Source: Phycisphaera mikurensis NBRC 102666 (GTDB lineage Bacteria; Planctomycetota; Phycisphaerae; Phycisphaerales; Phycisphaeraceae). From it: a stretch of 32,000 bases of DNA. The notes beneath the pieces are model-generated. The model saw only the letters and a list, made by a program, of their open reading frames with translations. It did not search any database and was not told where the DNA came from. The stretch covers positions 690,001 through 722,000 of the forward strand of contig NC_017080.1 of the NCBI RefSeq assembly GCF_000284115.1. The letters are read 5' to 3'. Positions 26,567-32,000 of the stretch are shown here, in pieces. Positions within the stretch are counted from its first letter, which is position 1; every line of letters starts with the position of its first letter. A program made the position numbers and the translations under genes.

Positions 26567-27038
26567 CGATCTCCTCGGCGGTGGCGCGGCCCCGGTGGAA
26601 GCTCCAGCGGCGGAAGCGGACCTCCACCCGCTCCACCTCCCCGTACCGGCCGCCCCCGCGGGCGTGAGCGATCATCCACGCCGGCGTCTCCACCGGCCGC
26701 CCGGCTTCGAAGTCGCGGCGGAGGCTGCGCAGCGGGATGTGGATCGTGCTGGTGGGCAGCGGGTCCAGGAAGGCCGCGGGCTCCACGTCGCGGTGGGAGC
26801 CGTCGGGCGCGTACACCCGCAGGAAGGGCTCGAGCTTGTGGACCACCTCCTCCCAGGCGATGCCCTCGTCCTTGAAGGAGGGCATCATCAGCGCGGGGTA
26901 GAACTCGTGCCGCACCACGTGCTTGATCGCGAGCATCTGGACGATCACGAGGATCGGCACGGCCAGCAGGCCCCAGGCGAGGCGGCGGGCTCGGCGGAGG
27001 TCGGTCTCGGGCCGGTCCGTTTGCCGCGGGAACGCCAT
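26553..27038 (-). CDS. Small membrane-anchored hypothetical protein, overlapping the HTTM-like gene by 14 nt
   Basis: MAFPRQTDRPETDLRRARRLAWGLLAVPILVIVQMLAIKHVVRHEFYPALMMPSF; 161 aa with one N-terminal TM. Confidence 0.8.
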   Translation of the reverse strand: MAFPRQTDRPETDLRRARRLAWGLLAVPILVIVQMLAIKHVVRHEFYPALMMPSFKDEGIAWEEVVHKLEPFLRVYAPDGSHRDVEPAAFLDPLPTSTIHIPLRSLRRDFEAGRPVETPAWMIAHARGGGRYGEVERVEVRFRRWSFHRGRATAEEIDAPA

Positions 27039-27045
27039 GCCGCCG

Positions 27046-27051
27046 AGCCTA
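27046..27051 (-). promoter_or_regulatory. -10-like TAGGCT, 7 nt before ATG 27038, overlapping hairpin 1 edge
   Basis: Minus strand TAGGCT-CGGCGGC-ATG. Confidence 0.4.
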
Positions 27052-27215
27052 GCAGGCCGCTGCAGAACCCCATCGGGGCTGCGAGCGGGCAGAATCGCGT
27101 CTCGCTTCGTCGAGCGTGACCCACGTAGTAGACGGCTACGCGGGTCCCGCTCTCCTCGCGAGACACGATTCTGCCGCGCTCTCGCCTGACGCGAGGTTCT
27201 GCAGCGGCCTGCTAG
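27049..27215. repeat. Long imperfect hairpin 1
   Basis: Perfect 21-bp outer arms CTAGCAGGCCGCTGCAGAACC / GGTTCTGCAGCGGCCTGCTAG (27049-27069/27195-27215). 18-nt middle arms with one mismatch (27088-27105/27158-27175). Inner arms around loop 27129-27135. Confidence 0.9.
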
Positions 27216-27370
27216 AGCATCGTGCGCAATCTTCCGATCGGCCTGCGTCCGCGCGTCGTGTTCCTCGTGAGGAGGCGGAGCAGCCCTGCCCCTGCAGGGC
27301 GATGCAGCCGACGAAGCGAGGGGCACAACTCGCCCGCAGAGGCGATCGGAAGATTGCGCACGGTGCGCTA
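27214..27370. repeat. Long imperfect hairpin 2, abutting hairpin 1
   Basis: Perfect 19-bp arms GTGCGCAATCTTCCGATCG / CGATCGGAAGATTGCGCAC (27222-27240/27343-27361), outer AGAGCATC/GGTGCGCT, inner GTCGTGTTCCTCG/CGAGGGGCACAAC, apical GCCCTGC-CCCT-GCAGGGC. Confidence 0.88.
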
Positions 27371-28780
27371 ACGGGCGGCTTCCGCGCCCGCGGCCCGCAG
27401 CCGCCAGACGCGGTGCCGCGCGTCGCCGAGGCCGGCGTCCTCCTCCCACACGGCCGCCGGTGGCTCCCGCGCCGCCACCGCCCGCACGACGCCCGCGGCG
27501 AGCTCGGCGGAGCGGCCGGCCCAGGGCGTGCCCGCGGTGGCGACGTGGCGGCGGACCAGCGACGCGTCGGCGTCGTCGTCCGCGTCCTCGCCGAGGTGGG
27601 CCACCACGCCGGCGGGCTCGGTGAAGCGGGGGCACAGGCCGCCGGCGATGAAGCCGTACATGTCGGTGGTCCCGCCGAAGTCGAAGCTGCAGACCCGGCG
27701 GCCCGTGGCGGCGGCCTCGAGGAGCACGCCGGAATCCCCCGCGACGAGCCCGCCGACGCCGGCCAGGAAGACCGCGGCGGGCTCGGCGGTGGCGTCCGAG
27801 AAGCCGAGTCCCAGGCGCTCGGCGAGCTCGTGCTGGGCCGCGAGGGCGTCCCCCTGCGTCCGCGGGTGCGGGCGGAGGCGGAGCGTGCGGCCGGGCCAGC
27901 GGGTCCGCATCGCCGCGAGCAGGCGCTCGACGGACGCGAAGGGGTCGAGCATGTTGGTGCACACGCCAAGCGCCGCCGGCCGCTGCCCCGCCCCGGCCCG
28001 GGGCAGCGCATCGAAGCGGGCCGGCCCGGCGAGGAACGCCTCGGTCCGCTTGCCCGCCGGCCAGAACGACGGCGGGGGGGTGCGGGCCGCGGCCGCGCGG
28101 TACCGCTCCAGCGTGTCGACGCCGTCGAGCAGCGCCGCGTCGAAGGCCAGCGGCGGCGAGCAGGCCATCACGGTCGCGTGCTGGGCGTAGACGCAGGGCA
28201 CGCCCGCCAGCGCCGCCGCGGCCTGCCAGGCCCGCGTGGAGTGGCTGTGGTCGTTGGCGATCACCACCGCACGCACCCCGCCGCGACGCATCCACCGCCC
28301 CAGCATCCACGCCCAGCCGGGCAGGTGCAGGTACGCGTCGGCCGCCCAGCCGAAGCTCCGCCTCCCGTACGCCCCCGCGCGGCGGCCGGCCGCGGCGACA
28401 CCCGGCAGCGCCAGCGGGGCGAGCAGGAAGGGCACCGGGTGCCGCCACCCCCGCGAGCGGTCCGCGTCGTCGGGGGTGAGGAGCAGGCGCGGCGTGTCGG
28501 CGAGCCGCGCGTCGATGGCCCGCAGCGCCGCGTGCTGGTTCCCCGTCGACGCGACCAGCACCACGGGCGCCGCTTCGGGCAGCAGCGCCGGCCGCCGCCA
28601 GGCCCGCGATCCCCGCTTGCCCAGGAGCCGCAGCCGGCCCCGCACGCCCACCGCCTGCCGGGGCGCCGGGCCGAAGATCCCCGGCCGGCTGGCCCGGTAG
28701 GTCGGGCCCATCTCCTCCCGCGAGGCCTCCCAGGCGATCTCCAGCGGGTCCTGGCGCAGGCAGCGGAGGAGGTGACGCAC
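27368..28780 (-). CDS. Capsule/LPS-type glycosyltransferase-like protein (surface carbohydrate biosynthesis)
   Basis: YAQHATVMACSPPL, LRLRPHPRTQGD and GLVAGDSGVLLEAAATGRRVCSFDFGG resemble GT-B capsule/polysialic/CDP-glycerol-type enzymes. Confidence 0.6.
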   Translation of the reverse strand: MRHLLRCLRQDPLEIAWEASREEMGPTYRASRPGIFGPAPRQAVGVRGRLRLLGKRGSRAWRRPALLPEAAPVVLVASTGNQHAALRAIDARLADTPRLLLTPDDADRSRGWRHPVPFLLAPLALPGVAAAGRRAGAYGRRSFGWAADAYLHLPGWAWMLGRWMRRGGVRAVVIANDHSHSTRAWQAAAALAGVPCVYAQHATVMACSPPLAFDAALLDGVDTLERYRAAAARTPPPSFWPAGKRTEAFLAGPARFDALPRAGAGQRPAALGVCTNMLDPFASVERLLAAMRTRWPGRTLRLRPHPRTQGDALAAQHELAERLGLGFSDATAEPAAVFLAGVGGLVAGDSGVLLEAAATGRRVCSFDFGGTTDMYGFIAGGLCPRFTEPAGVVAHLGEDADDDADASLVRRHVATAGTPWAGRSAELAAGVVRAVAAREPPAAVWEEDAGLGDARHRVWRLRAAGAEAAR

Positions 28781-28796
28781 GCGGGCGAGAAGCTAC

Positions 28797-28841
28797 CCGC
28801 GGCCGGGCCCGGGCCGGGTCGGCATCCCGTACGGTCCGCGG
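28797..28841. repeat. Inverted-repeat element copy E5 (1-nt deletion in left arm)
   Basis: CCGCGG-CCG (28797-28805) - 26 nt - CGGTCCGCGG (28832-28841). Confidence 0.65.
28830..28835 (+). promoter_or_regulatory. -10-like TACGGT, 6 nt before GTG 28842, overlapping E5 right arm
   Basis: TACGGT-CCGCGG-GTG. Confidence 0.45.
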
Positions 28842-29822
28842 GTGCCCCGCCCCGCTCCCCTGCCACGCGTCGCGGCCGTGCTCGTGCTCCGCAACGAGGA
28901 GCGGTTCCTCCGCGAGCACCTCGCCTGGCACCGCGCGGTCGGCGTCGAACGCTTCTACGCGTTCCTGGACCGCTGCACCGACGCCACGGCGCAGATCGTC
29001 GCGGGAGCCGACGACGTGGAGGTCCGCGAGCGGGACCGCGGCGAGGAGCACGCCTGGATGAGCGCCTACCAGACCGAGCGGATGGACGAGGCGTTGGCGC
29101 TCGCCGCCGCCGACGGCTTCGACTGGCTGCTGCACGTCGACGCCGACGAGTTCGCCCGCGGCGGGGGGCCGGGCGGCGACCCCGCCGAGCGGGACGCGCT
29201 CCCGCGGCTGTGCGCGCGGGCGGACCGGTGGGCGAGCCGGCTGCGCACCCGCGGCCGGCGGGTCGACCAGGTGATCCTGCGGCCGTCCGAGGCGGTGCCC
29301 GAGCGGGGCGCGGTTCCGGGCTCGTGGGCCGAGCGGGCGTGGTTCCAGGACGGCGGGGCCCTCGAGCGGGACGTGCTCGACCCCGCCGACGGGCGGGTCC
29401 GCCGGCTCGACCACCTCATCGGCGCCAGCCGCGGGAAGAGCCTGGTCCGCATCGTGGCCGGCGCCCGCGCCGCCAGCGCCCACCACTGGACCGCCGCCGA
29501 CGGCTCGCCGCTGGCGACCCGCCGCGACGGCCTGCACCACCACTACGTCGTGACCGACGCCGCCCACTGGCGGGAGAAGTACCGCAAGTTCGCCGAGTAC
29601 CCCGACCACTGGCAGAAGGGCAACGCCGTGCAGTTCCCCAAGCAGGCCTGGAAGGAGGCGAGCACGCGGCTGAGCGACGACGAGGCCGCGGCCTATTTCG
29701 AGCGTTGGGTCGCGGCCGATCCGGCCCTCCTGGTCGAGGGTCCGCACCTCGTGCACGACCCCACGATCCGCGACTTCGTGCGCGGGCTCGGCCTCCCGCC
29801 GCTGCGCCCAGCCGCCGCCTGA
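28842..29822 (+). CDS. Glycosyltransferase family 2 / GT92-like
   Basis: VAAVLVLRNEERFLREHLAWHRAVGVERFYAFLDRCTDAT and DGFDWLLHVDADEFARGG. Confidence 0.82.
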   Translation: MPRPAPLPRVAAVLVLRNEERFLREHLAWHRAVGVERFYAFLDRCTDATAQIVAGADDVEVRERDRGEEHAWMSAYQTERMDEALALAAADGFDWLLHVDADEFARGGGPGGDPAERDALPRLCARADRWASRLRTRGRRVDQVILRPSEAVPERGAVPGSWAERAWFQDGGALERDVLDPADGRVRRLDHLIGASRGKSLVRIVAGARAASAHHWTAADGSPLATRRDGLHHHYVVTDAAHWREKYRKFAEYPDHWQKGNAVQFPKQAWKEASTRLSDDEAAAYFERWVAADPALLVEGPHLVHDPTIRDFVRGLGLPPLRPAAA

Positions 29823-29864
29823 CCGCTTCTCACCGATCCCGTCTCCCCGAAGGAAGGTCCACCG

Positions 29865-30566
29865 ATCGCCACCCCCACCTACACCGCCGTCATCCCCGTC
29901 CGCGCCGGCAGCCGCCGCCTCAAGAACAAGAACATCGCGCCCTTCGGCGGCACGAACCTCCTGCTCTACAAGATCGCCCAGCTGCAGCGGGTCAAGGCCA
30001 TCGACCGCATCGTCGTCTCCTCCGACTCCGACGCGATGCTCGAGATGGCCGCCAACGCGGGCGCCGCCACCCACCGGCGGGCGCTGGAGTACTGCGACGA
30101 GAAGACCCGCAGCTTCGGCGAGGTCGTCCGCCACATCGCCGAGAGCGTCGAGGGCGAGCACGTGCTCTGGGCCACCTGCACCTCGCCGCTCGTGTTCCCG
30201 ACCGCCTACGCCCGGGCCTTCTCCGCCTACGAGCAGGCGCTCGCCGAGGGTTACGACTCGCTGATGTCGGTCTACACCTTCCGCCGCTACCTCTGGAACG
30301 CGGAGGGCCCGCTCAACTACGAGCTGGGCCTCAAGCACGTGCCCTCGCAGCAGCTCCCGCCGCTGCAGTTCGTGACCGACGGCATCCTGATCGCGCCGCG
30401 TCAGCGGATGATCGAGTGGTCCTACTTCCACGGCCCCAACCCGCACCGCTTCGAGGTCACCAAGCGGGAGGCCGTCGACATCGACGACACCCACGACCTG
30501 CTGGAGGCCCGCGCCCTGCTCGACACCGACCCCTCGGTGATGGAACGCGACCCGTACTTCACGTAG
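29865..30566 (+). CDS. Acylneuraminate (CMP-sugar) cytidylyltransferase-like protein; probable non-canonical ATC start
   Basis: Open frame from ATC 29865 reads IATPTYTAVIPVRAGSRRLKNKNIAPFGGTNLLLYKIAQLQRVKAIDRIVVSSDSDAMLEMA. No ATG/GTG/TTG in frame between upstream stop (29820) and ATG 30036; SD AAGGAAGG upstream. Confidence 0.8.
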   Translation: MATPTYTAVIPVRAGSRRLKNKNIAPFGGTNLLLYKIAQLQRVKAIDRIVVSSDSDAMLEMAANAGAATHRRALEYCDEKTRSFGEVVRHIAESVEGEHVLWATCTSPLVFPTAYARAFSAYEQALAEGYDSLMSVYTFRRYLWNAEGPLNYELGLKHVPSQQLPPLQFVTDGILIAPRQRMIEWSYFHGPNPHRFEVTKREAVDIDDTHDLLEARALLDTDPSVMERDPYFT

Positions 30567-30639
30567 CGCGGTCGCGAGGCCGCTCCACGTGCTCGGGAGA
30601 GAATCGCAAGGAGCGAGCGGGCGGTGCCGTGCCGCCGTG

Positions 30640-31335
30640 TCAGGCGGCGGGCGAGCGCGTCGCGACCAGGTCCGGGTGCCGCGGCAGCCGCTGCGCTCCG
30701 TCGGGCAGCCGCGGCCAGCAGGTCAGCATCGCCCGGTAGAACCGCATCCGGTCGCTACGCGTGATCCCCGCCGCCGCCGGATCGGGCGCTTGCGATGCCG
30801 CCGCGTTCAGCGTCCTGAGCAGCGTGAGCAGCATCGGCAGCGACATCATCACCAGCGGGATCCCGCGGGCCCCCCGGAAGCCGGGCGTGTCGAGGATCCG
30901 CACCTCGTCGAGCCCCGCGCCCAGCACCAGGTTGCTCGCCTTGTGGTCCCGGTTGCGGATGCGCTGGTAGAGGATCTTCCCCGTCAGCACGCCCGCCTGC
31001 CGCGTCACCCGGTGCCGCGTCGCCGGGTCGTCCAGCCGGCCCGCCGCGACGGCGTCGTGCAGGCTCGGCCCCGCGTGCGGCGTCGCCACCCACGAGCGGC
31101 CCTGCTCGTCCACGCCCGAGGCGATCACCGGCACCGTCGGCACGCCCGCCGTCGCCAGCTTCTCCGCCCACTGCACCTCCTTCTGCGCCGGATGAACCCC
31201 CAGCCGCCGCGTCAGCGCCTGCTTCCACCGCGGGTGCTCGTAGCGCTTGAAGACCTCGTCGCCGCTGCGCCAGACCGTCGATCGACCGTCGCGCTTGAGG
31301 ACCTGGCCGTCGCGGGGGGGCGGGGGGAGCTGCAC
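30640..31335 (-). CDS. LPS kinase (Kdo/WaaP)-like family protein
   Basis: VWRSGDEVFKRYEHPRWKQALTRRLG, EKLATAGVPTVPVIASGVD and GKILYQRIRNRDHKASNLVLG. Start GTG 31335 is a guess; the ORF remains open to 31425. Confidence 0.68.
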   Translation of the reverse strand: MQLPPPPRDGQVLKRDGRSTVWRSGDEVFKRYEHPRWKQALTRRLGVHPAQKEVQWAEKLATAGVPTVPVIASGVDEQGRSWVATPHAGPSLHDAVAAGRLDDPATRHRVTRQAGVLTGKILYQRIRNRDHKASNLVLGAGLDEVRILDTPGFRGARGIPLVMMSLPMLLTLLRTLNAAASQAPDPAAAGITRSDRMRFYRAMLTCWPRLPDGAQRLPRHPDLVATRSPAA

Positions 31336-31355
31336 GCGCGGAAGGTAGAGGCAGA

Positions 31356-31388
31356 GGGGCGCAGGGGCGGGGAGGCGGGGAGGCGGGG
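31356..31388 (+). other. Potential G-quadruplex tract (five GGGG runs)
   Basis: GGGG at 31356, 31364, 31369, 31377 and 31385 with 1-4 nt loops. Confidence 0.5.
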
Positions 31389-31501
31389 AGACGATCAGCT
31401 GAACCGACGCAGACGGCCGAAGCAAGCCGTCGCCTGCCCCTGCCTTGCTCTCTCCTTCGGTCTTCCTCCCGCTCTTCCCGCTGCTTTACCCTCCCGCCCC
31501 C

Positions 31502-32000
31502 GTGCGGATCTGCCTGTTCACCCCCACCTTCTATCCGCACGTCGGCGGCGCCGAGCTCGACGCCGACCTCATCGCCCGCGGCCTCGTCGCCCGCGGCCAC
31601 CGCGTCACGGTGCTGACGCAGAAGCTGAAGGCCGGCCCGCCGCCGGCCGACCTCCCGTACCCGGTGGCCTTCTACCGGCGGCTCTTCAAGCAGCACCGCC
31701 TGCCCGCTGCGCCCGCGCTCGCCCTGCACCGCCTGCACAAGCGGGAGCGATTCGACGCGGTGCTGGCCTTCTACAGCTACCCCTGCGGCTACGCGGCGGT
31801 GCGGTGGGGCCGCCGCGAGCGGCGGCGCGGCCGCGAGCGGCCCGGGATCGTGCTCTCGCCGCGCGGCGGCGACCTATACCCCCGCTTCCACGGGCTCAAG
31901 AAGCGGGGCGTGCCGGAGGTGATCGCCAAGGGATACCGCGCCGCCGACCGCATCGTCAGCATCAGCGCGTGGATCAGCGACCGCCTGCGGGAGGTCTGCG
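31502..32000 (+). CDS. Glycosyltransferase family 4 N-terminal domain; truncated by window end
   Basis: GTG start; VRICLFTPTFYPHVGGAELDADLIARGLVARGHRVTVLTQ and SPRGGDLYPRF. No stop before 32000; absent from the ORF track. Confidence 0.85.
   Translation, partial: MRICLFTPTFYPHVGGAELDADLIARGLVARGHRVTVLTQKLKAGPPPADLPYPVAFYRRLFKQHRLPAAPALALHRLHKRERFDAVLAFYSYPCGYAAVRWGRRERRRGRERPGIVLSPRGGDLYPRFHGLKKRGVPEVIAKGYRAADRIVSISAWISDRLREVC

Noticed and set aside
26553-30494. 1313-aa minus ORF, and the overlapping 1207-aa plus ORF 27116-30739
   Set aside because: Both run through several unrelated real genes in other frames and are high-GC frame artefacts. Only the 26553-27038 segment of the first is credible.
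31485-31490. TACCCT box upstream of the 31502 GT4 gene
   Set aside because: The distance to GTG is about 11 nt, outside the 5-7 nt pattern, so it was excluded. TAGCTT upstream of the 28780 gene was also excluded (9 nt).
1-32000. tRNA/rRNA genes, CRISPR arrays, transposases, prophage genes, toxin-antitoxin or defence modules
   Set aside because: Looked for by eye (TPsiC-like GGTTCGA words, direct-repeat arrays, DDE/HUH or nuclease motifs) and found no convincing example. A tRNAscan/Infernal/CRISPR search should confirm this.

Overview
High-GC bacterial chromosome segment. PEP-CTERM proteins, H-X9-DG pseudopilins and codon usage suggest a planctomycete/Phycisphaerae-like organism (inference). 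It is densely coded with mostly housekeeping and envelope genes: two pseudopilin/PEP-CTERM pairs, a GH-A-like glycoside hydrolase, manA with GT4 and GT9 genes, a 2Fe-2S ferredoxin, an unusual lipA, a DUF2293-like protein, ppc, a choice-of-anchor-I-like protein, a DUF1570-like protein, a DUF1194/vWA protein, fbp, an MsbA-like ABC exporter, an HTTM-like membrane protein, and a glycan/LPS cluster running off the right edge. No phage, transposase, CRISPR, toxin-antitoxin or defence system, tRNA or rRNA was recognised. The most notable signals are non-coding. (1) A dispersed inverted-repeat family, CCGCGGACCG-N26-CGGTCCGCGG, occurs 8 times. Seven copies are exactly 46 bp with 26 bp between arms, and one has a 1-nt deletion in an arm. 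Most lie in intergenic, promoter or gene-end positions. (2) About a dozen genes have a TANNNT-like -10 box 5-7 nt before the start codon, which suggests widespread leaderless transcription. (3) Two very long hairpins abut at 27049-27370, and a third nested palindrome lies at 4487-4673. (4) A cytidylyltransferase-like gene has no ATG/GTG/TTG start but has an ATC preceded by AAGGAAGG. (5) LipA carries an insertion of roughly 90 aa. (6) A paired palindromic operator lies upstream of a PEP-CTERM gene. All coordinates were read by eye from the sequence. No database search or folding was run.
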